Below, piece after piece: positions 10,668-21,100 of a stretch of 64,000 nt of DNA. This DNA comes from a virus (taxonomy: Duplodnaviria > Caudoviricetes): the IMG/VR virus record IMGVR_UViG_3300009694_000016, positions 27,960-91,959 of that record; one strand, given 5' to 3'. Positions within the stretch are counted from its first letter, which is position 1. Every line of letters begins with the position of its first letter. Under the pieces are notes generated by a model. It was not told the origin of the DNA and searched no databases. It saw only the letters and a list, made by a program, of their open reading frames with translations. Made by a program: the position numbers and the translations under genes.

Positions 10668-11780
10668 TTATTTTCTACCACCACTTGAACGACCTCCGCC
10701 GCCACCAGATCTGCTTGGAGAACTTGGTGAGCTGCTTCTAGATGGGCTTGAATAACTGCTTCTAGATGGGCTTGAGCTTCTCTGCGGAGTAGAGTAACTT
10801 TTTTGCGGAGTAGAACTTCTCTGGTAACTATTGTTAGTTCTCTGCGGAGTAGAGTAGCTTTTCTGCGGAGTAGAGTAGTTTTTCTGTTGAGTAGGTTGAG
10901 TTCTCTGTGGTGTAGAGTAGTTTTTCTGGGGAGTAGAACTTCTCTGATAACCATTGTTAGGTTGAGTTCTCTGTGGTGTAGAGTAGTTTTTCTGGGGAGT
11001 AGAACTTCTCTGATAACTATTATTAGAAGTACTTCTAGGAGAAGGACTTCTAGGAATTAAATATTCTCTACTGCTTTTTGCTTGACGATACATAGGCGAA
11101 GAATAACTGGAAGTACCACCTCTTGAATATTTTGGAGGAGGAGTGGATTTGTTATATTCTGTTTTGTATGCACCAGTGTGTCTTGTGCTTTTATATTGAT
11201 ACCTTTGTTGAGAAACATCAGATCTAGATTTACTATAAGTAGAAACCCTATTGTTGTAATAACTCCCACCAGCACTAAAAGTTCTGTGTCCGTAATATCC
11301 ATTATTGTAAGGTCTTACACCGTGATGATGACTGTCATACCAATGATGATCCCAGTGAGGATATCCTCCCCAATGAGGATATGGATGATATGGATACCAT
11401 TCGTGATATGGGTAATATGGTCCATACCCACAATAATAAGGATAATAATAAGAATAATAATATGGATAATATGGATAACACCATCCATAAGAAACTCCCC
11501 AATTAAAATACAAATAAGGGCTATAAGGAGGCGTGTAGAAAGGATCTGGATCTACTATATTAATATAAATATTAGTATATGGTTCTGACTCATCAGATAA
11601 ATAGTTGCTATAATTGTCATAATAAGATTGACTTCTTATAGTAGTGTCTGGTATTACATTATCTGGAACAGTTATACTATAATCATAATCCTTGCTACTT
11701 TGTGCTGTAGTTTGTTTTGTAGAAGAACATCCAAACAAAAAAACTACCACTAATGGAATTAAAAAAATGAGTTTTTTCAT
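10668..11780 (-). CDS. Bacteroidota-type lipoprotein with Tyr-rich and Ser/Arg/Pro-rich low-complexity regions
   Basis: Signal peptide with lipobox MKKLIFLIPLVVVFLFG-C; YYPYY region; STPQR repeats; GGGGRSSGGRK end. Confidence 0.8.
   Translation of the reverse strand: MKKLIFLIPLVVVFLFGCSSTKQTTAQSSKDYDYSITVPDNVIPDTTIRSQSYYDNYSNYLSDESEPYTNIYINIVDPDPFYTPPYSPYLYFNWGVSYGWCYPYYPYYYSYYYPYYCGYGPYYPYHEWYPYHPYPHWGGYPHWDHHWYDSHHHGVRPYNNGYYGHRTFSAGGSYYNNRVSTYSKSRSDVSQQRYQYKSTRHTGAYKTEYNKSTPPPKYSRGGTSSYSSPMYRQAKSSREYLIPRSPSPRSTSNNSYQRSSTPQKNYSTPQRTQPNNGYQRSSTPQKNYSTPQRTQPTQQKNYSTPQKSYSTPQRTNNSYQRSSTPQKSYSTPQRSSSPSRSSYSSPSRSSSPSSPSRSGGGGGRSSGGRK
10778..11017 (-). repeat. Coding tandem repeats (YSTPQR/K)
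   Basis: About 60-bp near-identical copies at ~10892-10951 and ~10958-11017 plus shorter tctgcggagtaga units. Confidence 0.8.
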
Positions 11781-11810
11781 GATTTATATTTTTATTTTAG
11801 TAATATGACA

Positions 11811-11826
11811 ACAAATTCTATGCCAA
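11811..11826 (-). promoter_or_regulatory. Sigma54-like -24/-12 promoter
   Basis: Minus strand TTGGCAT-AGAAT-TTGT matches TGGCAC-N5-TTGC spacing, 30 nt upstream of the lipoprotein start. Confidence 0.5.
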
Positions 11827-12057
11827 ACTAAAAAAATTGAGATTTATTTTAAAGGTTTTAATTCGTTTGGAACTATTTTTTGAAATATCCAATGATCATC
11901 CGTAGCAAATCATCGACGTGATTAATAATCTCAATTTTCATTGAACACTTTTCCTATTTATCTATTCTAAAAAGATTTATTTTTCAAACATGAAAACAAA
12001 TGTGATATATAACGTAAGAACTTGCCAGTTCTTCAATTAAAAATTTAATATAAAACA

Positions 12058-12768
12058 ATGACGAATCAACCAAGAAAATGTTCAATATGTGGAGAATTAA
12101 CTAAAATGACAAAAGAACATTGGCCTCCAAGATCTTGTTACAACAACACTCCCATATTTAAAATAGATTTATATAAAAAAGTAAAATTAGTTGACGGTTT
12201 TTATGAATACACATTATGTAGAAAATGCAATAATGATACTGGAAATTATTATATTAATAATGGTTTTAAAGATTTCATTCATCAGGCAATGGACTTTATG
12301 AATAAAGAAAAAATGACAGGGAATGAAATTTATAGTAATTCTTATACATTTAAACCTCTTAATACTTTAAAAGAAATTATTGTGGGATTTTTTTCTTCTG
12401 AAAAAACAGATTTATTGAAAAATGATAGAGAATTGGTCGATTTCATTAAAAATAAAGAAAATCAATTTTTACCTGAAAAATATAGAATTTTTATTTATTA
12501 TACAAATAAAAAAGGCAGGCAAAACGGGTACTCCACGATATTTGATATGAAATCTTCAAATCATACTACTATATTAGAAAGAGTTTTTCTACCATTTGGA
12601 TACGTGATGATTATAGAGGATGATGAATTGAATATGAATATAAATTATTTTGAAATATCAAATTTCAAAAATTATAAATACGATTATGAAACAACAATAA
12701 ATTTAGATATACCATTTTTAATACCATCTGGTGTTCTTTCCGGTAGATATGAAAATCTTTCTTTTTAA
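12058..12768 (+). CDS. HNH-like endonuclease
   Basis: CSICG...TKEHWPP...TLCRKCNN zinc/HNH pattern. Confidence 0.6.
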   Translation: MTNQPRKCSICGELTKMTKEHWPPRSCYNNTPIFKIDLYKKVKLVDGFYEYTLCRKCNNDTGNYYINNGFKDFIHQAMDFMNKEKMTGNEIYSNSYTFKPLNTLKEIIVGFFSSEKTDLLKNDRELVDFIKNKENQFLPEKYRIFIYYTNKKGRQNGYSTIFDMKSSNHTTILERVFLPFGYVMIIEDDELNMNINYFEISNFKNYKYDYETTINLDIPFLIPSGVLSGRYENLSF

Positions 12769-12816
12769 ATTTTAATTCTAATATTATTATTTCAATTTAG
12801 ATTTTAATTCTTCAGA

Positions 12817-13740
12817 TTATAATAAAATAATAGTTATATAATTTATCATTTCATCATCATTCAAATCCTTTATGTCAGATTCCCAAATACAGACGACTTT
12901 ATAACCATAAGATTCTGCTAATTCTCTTTTGGATTTATCTTTTTCCCATATATTTTTGGCTTTAACTTTTTTAAATGGAAATTTAAGTTTATCATTTTCT
13001 TTATATATTTTTGGATTGGCGTGCCACAAATCGCCATTAACATCTATCAATATGTTATTAATCTTTATATCAAAATATTTTCTTCCTATCATAAATCTTC
13101 TCGTATAAGTCATGTTCAATTTATCCAAACAATTTGTTACTTTGGATTCAACGGAAGAGTATATTTTGTCCATTAAGAAATCTTTTTGTTCGTCCGATAG
13201 ATTCAACCAATAGTCATAACATATCTTATAAAGATATTGAATATCCTTTTTTATATTTTCATCTATGCTATTATTGTCTTTTATATTTATCGAGCTAGAT
13301 AGAATAACATCACGAAGACTTATGAAATTCTCTACATTCTTTTCCAAGTCTAATTTTCTATGTCTTTTCTTATCTTTTACAAATTGAAGTTTTGATACAT
13401 TATCCACGCCGTATTTTGTCAAACATGTCCTCTTATATTTTTTTGAAGATATTTGTTTGGAACTTACTTTCATCGATCTTCTCTTTATTCCATGATAATC
13501 CAATAAAAAAACTATATTGTTGTAACTTATGTTGTAATCGCGTTTTATCTCGGGGAGACTTTTTAATTTCACGACGTATTCATCGAAGAGAGTATTTTTC
13601 GAACTTATCAATGGAAAATTATAAGATAGAAATTCGAACTTTATACCTTCCTTAGTCCATATCTTCATGTTCTTTTTACATCTATAGATATGGCGTCCGT
13701 CATAGCGGTTTATCCTATTTTTACAAAAAGGGCAATGCAT
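12817..13740 (-). CDS. Free-standing homing endonuclease-like protein (PD-(D/E)XK, Vsr-like)
   Basis: TCLTKYGVDNVS repeat; FDIKI...IDVNGDLWHANP...WEKDKSKRELAESYGYKVVCIWESD. Confidence 0.7.
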   Translation of the reverse strand: MHCPFCKNRINRYDGRHIYRCKKNMKIWTKEGIKFEFLSYNFPLISSKNTLFDEYVVKLKSLPEIKRDYNISYNNIVFLLDYHGIKRRSMKVSSKQISSKKYKRTCLTKYGVDNVSKLQFVKDKKRHRKLDLEKNVENFISLRDVILSSSINIKDNNSIDENIKKDIQYLYKICYDYWLNLSDEQKDFLMDKIYSSVESKVTNCLDKLNMTYTRRFMIGRKYFDIKINNILIDVNGDLWHANPKIYKENDKLKFPFKKVKAKNIWEKDKSKRELAESYGYKVVCIWESDIKDLNDDEMINYITIILL

Positions 13741-13891
13741 GTTCTTAACACTATATATAATTAGTAAGAAGTTGGATCATTCCATATTTTTGAGTTATAT
13801 TTTTATCAAAAAATGAGAAATTTTATACAATATATAGTATAAAAAGAATTAAATAATATGTGTTTAACATATTAAAAAATAATTTAAAAAC

Positions 13892-16800
13892 ATGCCAATA
13901 GATAATAAAGATTTAGGAAAGTACAAACGCCCAGGTATATTTATTGAAGAAAAAGATTTATCAATGATAGAACGTCCAGTTCAAGAGGTTTTGATCAATC
14001 TTGTACCTGGCTTCTCGAAAAAAGGTCCTTTTAACAAACCAGTCAGAGTAGATGACCCTGGTGTATTTGAGGATATATTCGGACCGATCGACAAGAATCT
14101 AGAAAACAAAGGCTCATATTTCCACAGAACAGTCGAAGATATGTTAAACGCCGGTCCAATTTGGGCTCTCAACTTATTAAAGACAGATCCAGTGAGAGAT
14201 ACTCTCGAGTGGGAAGCTATTTCTGTGTCTGCTCAATATGACAACAGCGATAAAGAAACAGCTCCATATGAAAGATTTTTCAATCGTCAAGATTTCTGGG
14301 AAAGAGATGTAGAATCTTTTAGTGATGTTGTTTACGAACAATTCTCATCAACTGGTTCACCAAATCCAGCTCAAAATTTGTTTAGTATAACAAATATGGG
14401 AGACAAAAAAGTTACTGTTTGGATGTTCAAATCATCTATAACAGGTTTTGATGTTTCTGCTGAGCAATGGTACGGTGGAGTTGATAAAGTTCCCCTATTC
14501 ATAAATCCGAAAGATTATATTTCTGATTATATGGTCAGTTTACTATCAGTTGTAGGTGATTATACGGATTACTCTACATTGAGCGCCGATTCATATTGGG
14601 GATCTTATTTTAACACAAACGGTCTTATTAAAACGAAAGTTCAAGATTTCGTTAATGATAGTCTCACAACAGTAAACGCTTACTACGATGTTTCTTTAAT
14701 TCCAAATTTCAGAGACGTATCTGGTTTGGATATGTATATAAAGAACGTTGTTAACGTAAACACGGACACAACTGGATTATTCTGTTACTACAACGAAGAT
14801 GTTCTTTTAAATGCTGATTTTTATAAAGGAAACATCGATACAATCGGTCAAACTTTAGTTGTTACAGAAGACGTTATAAATAACGTTATTCCGAAGACTT
14901 CTATAGATTTTATGTCTTACAAAGCTAATATCAGTGAGAGTATAAGTTATACAGAAAAAATTTTGGATACAATCAGTAGTCCTTCAAACGCTTTTGGTAA
15001 CTTTGGATCAGATATGAGTATTTCTTTTGTAAGTGGTAGTGGTAGAACAGCTCAATATACAAACTGGTACACCAATATCTCTCCAACTGGTTCAACAGCA
15101 CTTTATACTAAGCTTATTGCGTCTGGATCTACAATATATATCACAATAACAGATACAACTGGAGTAGATGTTGATGACGTCGTTTATTTTAGTAAATCCT
15201 TTGGTCCGGTTGATAGCTCAACTCCATATTATGTAAAAAGCGTTATATCTTCAAATATTATTACAGTCTCTTTAACAAAGGGAGGAGTTGAAGTTGCTGG
15301 ATTTACAAATCCAACAAACACTTTCATTTATAGTTTAAAACAAGAATTTCATGATAGCGTAGGAGCTTTCAAATATATTCTCAACGAAGAATTAACATTA
15401 ACAGATCCTACATTATTCTTCGAACCTTTTATTATACAGAATAGTGCATCCACTTATAGTAGATATGATATAGTTTATTTGAGTGCTGATTATTCTACCA
15501 TTCATACTATAAAAGGTAATCAAATCTTAGGGACATCCCCAAGTAAACCTAATTTCTTATTGACAAATAACAACGCGATAGTTCTTGGATACATGTACAT
15601 AAAATATGATGGTAGTTCATCTCCAACTTTTACAAAGACATGGTATTCTGTGACTGTTGATGAGAATAACAGTTATGTTCCATTAGCGGACGGTGTTGAT
15701 GTCTATGGATTAAGTGGTCTTACATCAGGAGGTGTCAAATATCTTGAAATTGGTTTCTTAGGAACTTCTGGAGCTACAAACTATACAGATTATAATAAAC
15801 TAAGAAAAACCAAAATTTTCACAGAAATTTATACCAATATAATAACAAGTAAATCAGTTATTATAAATTATAAAGATGGTAGTAAATATCCTATCACATC
15901 TCCATTTATTTCCACACCTAGCACAACAACCAACGGATTCTTTAGAATTTATTTTGATTCAACTCACGAACCAATGGATTATTACAACGGTGGTAATTTC
16001 TTAATTTATTACATCGATAATGAATTAAGCTTCAACTCACTAGATTTTACTCCTGTTGGATCGGATACTTTGCTTGGATTAATCACAACCAATTACACTT
16101 TGGGTGATTCACGCATTCCAACAGACTATGGTATCGTGGCTAAATGGTCAACATTATATCAAGACTATTATAATGGTATAATAAACAACGGTGACTATAT
16201 CTATAGAAACAACGATTCTGGCGGGACAACAGAAAGAATCTATCTAAGAATGTTCTTAGATGGTGACAAGAATTTAACCGTTAGATTCTCTAGCACTCCC
16301 GAGGGTGATGATTGGGTTTATCTCGAATATGTAAGTATCAATTATTTAGATAGTGATGGTAATGTATCGCTTAGAGTTTATTCGGAAAGAGGTAACTACA
16401 AACAAACTCTCGAGATTGAAAATACTAGTTATATTACAGACTTCAATAATGTAAATTACATCTATGTAGATAAAACTAGATACTCCGAAGTAACTAAGGG
16501 TTGGTATTTAGAAGCATATTATGATAAATCATATTATGATGCGCCTGGTGAAGGTTATATTTTAGGAGCAGTTCCAAGAAAACTCGTTCGTATTATAAAT
16601 ACAGCCACAGATACCGTAGATACAACACTTAAGATCCTTTACACAGATGGACCAATTAGAATATTGAATAATCCAACTGGATCTACTTACGATTATTATA
16701 CGACAGCTTATATGTCAATAGATAATTGGGTAACTGAATATAATGGTATAACACTTAAACCATTCACAGTTCATTCAGATTCTATGCCAAATGGAACAGA

Positions 16801-17785
16801 CGCAAGACTCACTTCTATTCTTTCTGTAATAGGTAAGACTACAAATCTTGCTAAGGGTTTGGCAAACAAAAATAGAATAACTTGGAGATATTTAATCGAT
16901 TCCTTCGGACTTGGTTTAACACACGCATCAAAGCAAGAATATGTTGATCTTTGTGGTATGAAACTCAATTGTTTAGGTTTCATAAACATGCCAAGTGCAA
17001 GACAATTCAAAACATCTGTTAATCCAAGCTTTATCAATGATGATAGAACTTTGAATACAGAATACGTCAAAGAAGGTGGTAATCCAGATCTTAATCCAAG
17101 CTTCCTTTACACTTTTGGCGAGGGTGTTGGTAGAAGTTGCGTAGGTTATTTCTTCCCATATATTAAGGATACGAATGATTCTTCGAAATATATACCACCA
17201 GCAGCAAAAATAGCCAAAGCCTATATGGCTAAATTTGACGGCGGATTAGGAAACGCTTATCCATGGCAGATCATCGCAGGTCCTCAATTCTCAGTCATGA
17301 GTGACATTGCTGCAGTAGAAATGAGATTTACAGACGAAGATCTCGAAAACTTCTACTCGATGGGAGCCAATCCAATTGTTTACTCTCTAAACAGAGGATA
17401 CAATATCAACTCAGAAAATTCGGCTCAAGTTTATCCACTTTCGTCACTTAGCTATATCCATTCGAGAGAAGTTCTCATCGAACTTGAAAATCGTCTATAT
17501 GATATGTTACTTAACTATCATTGGAGATTCAATACAGCGGAAATCAGAGCTGAAATCAAATTCAGAGCCGATCAAATCTGTAAAGAAATGTTGGATACAA
17601 ATGCAATTTATGACTTCAAGAACATTTGTGACAAAACAAATAACACTGATTACATCATAGACTTACAAATGGGTGTTCTCGATACATACATCGAAATCAT
17701 CAAGGGTATGGGTATCATTGTAAACAACATCACAATTTTGAAGAAAGGAACAATTGCATCTGGCGGTTTCTTACAAACAACTTAA
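13892..17785 (+). CDS. Tail sheath protein (gp18-like) with large insertion domains
   Basis: N-terminal RPGIFIEEKDLS...GFSKKGPFNKPV; C-terminal IPPAA, ANPIV, LSYIHSREVLIELE, FNTAEIR, ICDKTNNT. Confidence 0.9.
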   Translation: MPIDNKDLGKYKRPGIFIEEKDLSMIERPVQEVLINLVPGFSKKGPFNKPVRVDDPGVFEDIFGPIDKNLENKGSYFHRTVEDMLNAGPIWALNLLKTDPVRDTLEWEAISVSAQYDNSDKETAPYERFFNRQDFWERDVESFSDVVYEQFSSTGSPNPAQNLFSITNMGDKKVTVWMFKSSITGFDVSAEQWYGGVDKVPLFINPKDYISDYMVSLLSVVGDYTDYSTLSADSYWGSYFNTNGLIKTKVQDFVNDSLTTVNAYYDVSLIPNFRDVSGLDMYIKNVVNVNTDTTGLFCYYNEDVLLNADFYKGNIDTIGQTLVVTEDVINNVIPKTSIDFMSYKANISESISYTEKILDTISSPSNAFGNFGSDMSISFVSGSGRTAQYTNWYTNISPTGSTALYTKLIASGSTIYITITDTTGVDVDDVVYFSKSFGPVDSSTPYYVKSVISSNIITVSLTKGGVEVAGFTNPTNTFIYSLKQEFHDSVGAFKYILNEELTLTDPTLFFEPFIIQNSASTYSRYDIVYLSADYSTIHTIKGNQILGTSPSKPNFLLTNNNAIVLGYMYIKYDGSSSPTFTKTWYSVTVDENNSYVPLADGVDVYGLSGLTSGGVKYLEIGFLGTSGATNYTDYNKLRKTKIFTEIYTNIITSKSVIINYKDGSKYPITSPFISTPSTTTNGFFRIYFDSTHEPMDYYNGGNFLIYYIDNELSFNSLDFTPVGSDTLLGLITTNYTLGDSRIPTDYGIVAKWSTLYQDYYNGIINNGDYIYRNNDSGGTTERIYLRMFLDGDKNLTVRFSSTPEGDDWVYLEYVSINYLDSDGNVSLRVYSERGNYKQTLEIENTSYITDFNNVNYIYVDKTRYSEVTKGWYLEAYYDKSYYDAPGEGYILGAVPRKLVRIINTATDTVDTTLKILYTDGPIRILNNPTGSTYDYYTTAYMSIDNWVTEYNGITLKPFTVHSDSMPNGTDARLTSILSVIGKTTNLAKGLANKNRITWRYLIDSFGLGLTHASKQEYVDLCGMKLNCLGFINMPSARQFKTSVNPSFINDDRTLNTEYVKEGGNPDLNPSFLYTFGEGVGRSCVGYFFPYIKDTNDSSKYIPPAAKIAKAYMAKFDGGLGNAYPWQIIAGPQFSVMSDIAAVEMRFTDEDLENFYSMGANPIVYSLNRGYNINSENSAQVYPLSSLSYIHSREVLIELENRLYDMLLNYHWRFNTAEIRAEIKFRADQICKEMLDTNAIYDFKNICDKTNNTDYIIDLQMGVLDTYIEIIKGMGIIVNNITILKKGTIASGGFLQTT

Positions 17786-17796
17786 TATTTAACTCG

Positions 17797-17827
17797 AAGG
17801 AGAGTTCCCAACGGGAACTCTCCTTTA
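17797..17827 (+). terminator. Intrinsic terminator after sheath gene
   Basis: aaggagagttccc-aac-gggaactctcctt hairpin. Confidence 0.8.
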
Positions 17828-17836
17828 TTAAAAAAA

Positions 17837-18055
17837 ATGAAAAACATGAAAAACTTAAAAACCTTTGAAGAATTTGACCCCTTTGGAATAAAAAAGAGAA
17901 AAGACAGAAAAGCTGAAGAAAAAAGAAGAGAGGAAGAGAAGGAAGCCGAGAGGGAAAGAAAAAGAGAAAAAATGATAGAAGACATGGAAGAACGTCTCGA
18001 TAGAGGTGAAATAACAAAAGATGAATGGACTACTTTTATGAGTCATATGCATTAA
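17837..18055 (+). CDS. Small charged protein with capsid-targeting-like N-terminus
   Basis: MKNLKTFEEF motif. Confidence 0.65.
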   Translation: MKNMKNLKTFEEFDPFGIKKRKDRKAEEKRREEEKEAERERKREKMIEDMEERLDRGEITKDEWTTFMSHMH

Positions 18056-18070
18056 AAAAAAATTAAAAAC

Positions 18071-18367
18071 ATGAAAAATCTAAAGACGTTTGAGAAATAT
18101 TCAGAAGAATTAAAGAATCCGATAGAGATGAAAGTTGAAACTGAAATAGTGAATAATAATGAAGATTTGATTTTTGGTTATCTAAATGGTAAGATTTCTA
18201 AAGGAACTTTTGAAAAGAAGTTAAAAGCAATCTTAAATAAAGAATATGGAAATGTTCTTTTAGATTTAGACATAGATAAATTAATAGCGAAAATAGAAAG
18301 ACACTACTCACCAGCATGGACGAGTAGAGAAGAAGAAGAAATTGACGATGTTGAGTGGATTTTATAG
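18071..18367 (+). CDS. Small protein with capsid-targeting-like N-terminus
   Basis: MKNLKTFEKYSEE motif. Confidence 0.65.
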   Translation: MKNLKTFEKYSEELKNPIEMKVETEIVNNNEDLIFGYLNGKISKGTFEKKLKAILNKEYGNVLLDLDIDKLIAKIERHYSPAWTSREEEEIDDVEWIL

Positions 18368-18482
18368 ATTTTCCTTTACTAAATTTTGACAATAAAATAA
18401 AAAAAATGAAAAATATATACCTAGGAACAATAGCAAAATAAATATATACTAGTAAATATATAAAAAATAATATAAAAAAAAC

Positions 18483-19082
18483 ATGGGTTTAGCACATTTT
18501 ACCAACGTAGCAACAGCCACTAATATGTGGGAGCCACTATTCAAAAGTTTATTTGAAATACAAATTGATTTACCACCGTTAGTAGCAGCAAATTTAGGAC
18601 CTGATATAAAGGCGCTTTTATTGGAAAACGCAACAAGCGTCCCACTACCAGCTTATCCAAAAATTGAAGTAAAACCTCAAAGATTTAAATATTCTACCCG
18701 TATTTATCCAACAATGCCAGCTCAAACACACTTAACAGAGCAGACTATTAAGTTTAACTTAAACGAATCTGTTGGTGTAAGACAAAACGTGAGTGGTGTT
18801 GTGAACGGTAGAGTTCCAATCTTTAGAGCCATTAAAGACTGGTACGATCTTATCTGGAATAATGAAACTGGTCAGTTAAACTACAAAGGAAACCTAGTCG
18901 CGACGGTAACAATTGACCAACACGATAAGGAAGGACTTGTAGTGAGACGTGTTATTTGGCATAACGCCTTTATAACTGGTTTCTCCGGGTGGGATGAAGG
19001 TCTAAACTGGGAATCAGTAACAGAAATCCACGATCTAACTGCTTCATTTGCATTAGATTATTATGAGGATTTTTATTACTGA
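18483..19082 (+). CDS. Tail tube protein (gp19-like)
   Basis: 199 aa downstream of sheath; EPLFKSLFEI, KDWYDLIWNNETG, LNWES...LTASFALDY pattern. Confidence 0.85.
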   Translation: MGLAHFTNVATATNMWEPLFKSLFEIQIDLPPLVAANLGPDIKALLLENATSVPLPAYPKIEVKPQRFKYSTRIYPTMPAQTHLTEQTIKFNLNESVGVRQNVSGVVNGRVPIFRAIKDWYDLIWNNETGQLNYKGNLVATVTIDQHDKEGLVVRRVIWHNAFITGFSGWDEGLNWESVTEIHDLTASFALDYYEDFYY

Positions 19083-19097
19083 AAATCAAGTAGTTAC

Positions 19098-19129
19098 AAA
19101 AAATATAGAACAATAGTTCTATATTTTTT
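19098..19129 (+). terminator. Intrinsic terminator after tube gene
   Basis: aaaaaatatagaac-aata-gttctatatttttt hairpin. Confidence 0.6.
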
Positions 19130-19137
19130 GCTCAAAA

Positions 19138-20034
19138 ATGGCTCAGATTACTGAGAAGAAAAAAAAGAATACATCTATGGAACAAAAATTGTGTAGAATA
19201 TGTGGCAAATTAAAATATATCGATAATTTCGATAAAAATGATAAAATGAAGGACGGACATAGAAATGAATGTAAGGATTGTAAAAATAAATTGTATAATG
19301 ATAAAGATAAAATAAGAAATCGTAATTTAAAAAAAGAGATTAAAACTGAAGGCAATAAGGTTTGTTGTGTTTGTGGAAAATTTAAGCCCTTATTAGAATA
19401 TCACATAAAAAGAGGCACTTCAGACGGGCGTCGACGTGAATGTAAAGAATGTGTCAAAGAAATTCAAAAGAAATATAAAGAGACTCCTGGATTTAAAGAT
19501 AGAGAAAAAGAATACGATAAACAAAGATACGAAGAAAAGAAAGATAAAATATTAGAAAGAAAAAGGGAATATCATGTAGAAAATAGAGAAGAAATATTAA
19601 AAAAGAAAAAAGAATATAGAAAAACTGAAGAATATAAAAATTTAAATAAAATATGGAGAGAAAATAATAGAGATAGAATAAATAAATTGATGATGGATTA
19701 TAAGGAAAGAAATCCTCATAGTGTTATGTGGAGACACATTCTCATTTCGACTTTAAAAAGATTAGGCACACCTAGACAAGATCATACCATAAGTATGCTT
19801 GGATATTCAGCCATAGATTTAAAAAAACATTTAGAAAAATTATTTACTCCGGGTATGTCTTGGGATAATTACGGCGAATGGCATGTGGATCATATTATTC
19901 AAGTAATAAAATTTGATGAAGATTCAGACATATCAGAAGTATGTTCTTTAGAAAATTTGAGACCTTTATGGAAAACAACAAGAGAAATAGATGGTGTTAT
20001 CTATGAAGGTAATCTAAACAGATCCAAATATTAA
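19138..20034 (+). CDS. HNH homing endonuclease-like protein
   Basis: Two CxxC...CxxC zinc modules; GMSWDNYGEWHVDHI...ENLRPLW. Confidence 0.8.
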   Translation: MAQITEKKKKNTSMEQKLCRICGKLKYIDNFDKNDKMKDGHRNECKDCKNKLYNDKDKIRNRNLKKEIKTEGNKVCCVCGKFKPLLEYHIKRGTSDGRRRECKECVKEIQKKYKETPGFKDREKEYDKQRYEEKKDKILERKREYHVENREEILKKKKEYRKTEEYKNLNKIWRENNRDRINKLMMDYKERNPHSVMWRHILISTLKRLGTPRQDHTISMLGYSAIDLKKHLEKLFTPGMSWDNYGEWHVDHIIQVIKFDEDSDISEVCSLENLRPLWKTTREIDGVIYEGNLNRSKY

Positions 20035-20058
20035 TTTCTCTTTTTAATATATAGTTTT

Positions 20059-20553
20059 ATGATAAAAACTTTTGAAAATTTCGATCAACTCCAATCATTT
20101 GTCACTAGAAAAGGATATGTTGACACGCAGGCGTTGTATGATATGTCAGCAAAACAATATCATTTAGCAAATAGATTAAGTATCGAAAGAATGACTACAT
20201 TTGAAAATTATCTTAAAGAACTTTTAATTGGAAAAGATGTTGTTTTTGATGGATGGAATGTTCAGGGAGTAGATACGCCAAATATCGGAGAAGAAAAAAC
20301 TTTTTTCATAAAAGTTAAAAACGTTCACATTACAAAAACTGGAAATAATATAAGTGCTATATATTTTATAGATGATGAAGATAATGTTTATCGTTCGCGT
20401 TGTTCGGGCACAAGAATAATTGATAAAGAAAAAGAAGAAGAAATTAGAAGAAAAAAAGAAGAAATAAGATTAAAAAATTTAGAATTCGATCCTTATGATG
20501 AGGAAAATTGGGGAGAAGAGTATGAAAGTAAAAATTATATACAAAGGCAGTAA
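20059..20553 (+). CDS. Hypothetical; CTS-like N-terminus and DPYDEENW tag
   Basis: MIKTFENF start; TAATATATA 5 nt upstream. Confidence 0.65.
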   Translation: MIKTFENFDQLQSFVTRKGYVDTQALYDMSAKQYHLANRLSIERMTTFENYLKELLIGKDVVFDGWNVQGVDTPNIGEEKTFFIKVKNVHITKTGNNISAIYFIDDEDNVYRSRCSGTRIIDKEKEEEIRRKKEEIRLKNLEFDPYDEENWGEEYESKNYIQRQ

Positions 20554-20635
20554 CGTGCAAGTTGATGATGGAGAATGTTATATAGATAGGGAAGATGAGT
20601 AGACGAATAAAGATAAAATATTAATATATAGTCTT

Positions 20636-21079
20636 ATGATTAAAACTTTTGAACAATATCGAGATGATCCTTATAGTGAGGAGATATGGGACAATGATTT
20701 CATCATTGTAATATATTTATCTAGGAACATATCCATATTTGGTTTTTCTGTACGCAAAGCTAGAATGGAAAATCAAGGAAGAGCTACTTGGTTCTACGAT
20801 AAGAATGGTAAATTGTTGTTAGAATCTTGGCGTGTAATAAGAATAAATAATGTAGATGAAGAAATAGAATTATCTGATCAAATGAAGAATAGTACTGATG
20901 CTATAGTTCTTCCAATAGGAACAAATAAAGAAGATATAGATAAAATTATCTCTAGGGTTTATGAAAGAATATATCCTCAATATAAAAAAGATTATGAAGA
21001 TACAATAAAAAGCAGAGAAAGATATCTAAAGAAAATATCTAATGTGGAAAATTTAACTATATGGGATGAAGACTTTTGA
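20636..21079 (+). CDS. Hypothetical; CTS-like N-terminus and DPYSEEIW tag
   Basis: MIKTFEQYRDDPYSEEIW; TAATATATA 5 nt upstream. Confidence 0.65.
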   Translation: MIKTFEQYRDDPYSEEIWDNDFIIVIYLSRNISIFGFSVRKARMENQGRATWFYDKNGKLLLESWRVIRINNVDEEIELSDQMKNSTDAIVLPIGTNKEDIDKIISRVYERIYPQYKKDYEDTIKSRERYLKKISNVENLTIWDEDF

Positions 21080-21100
21080 AAAATTTATGGAACAAGATCT

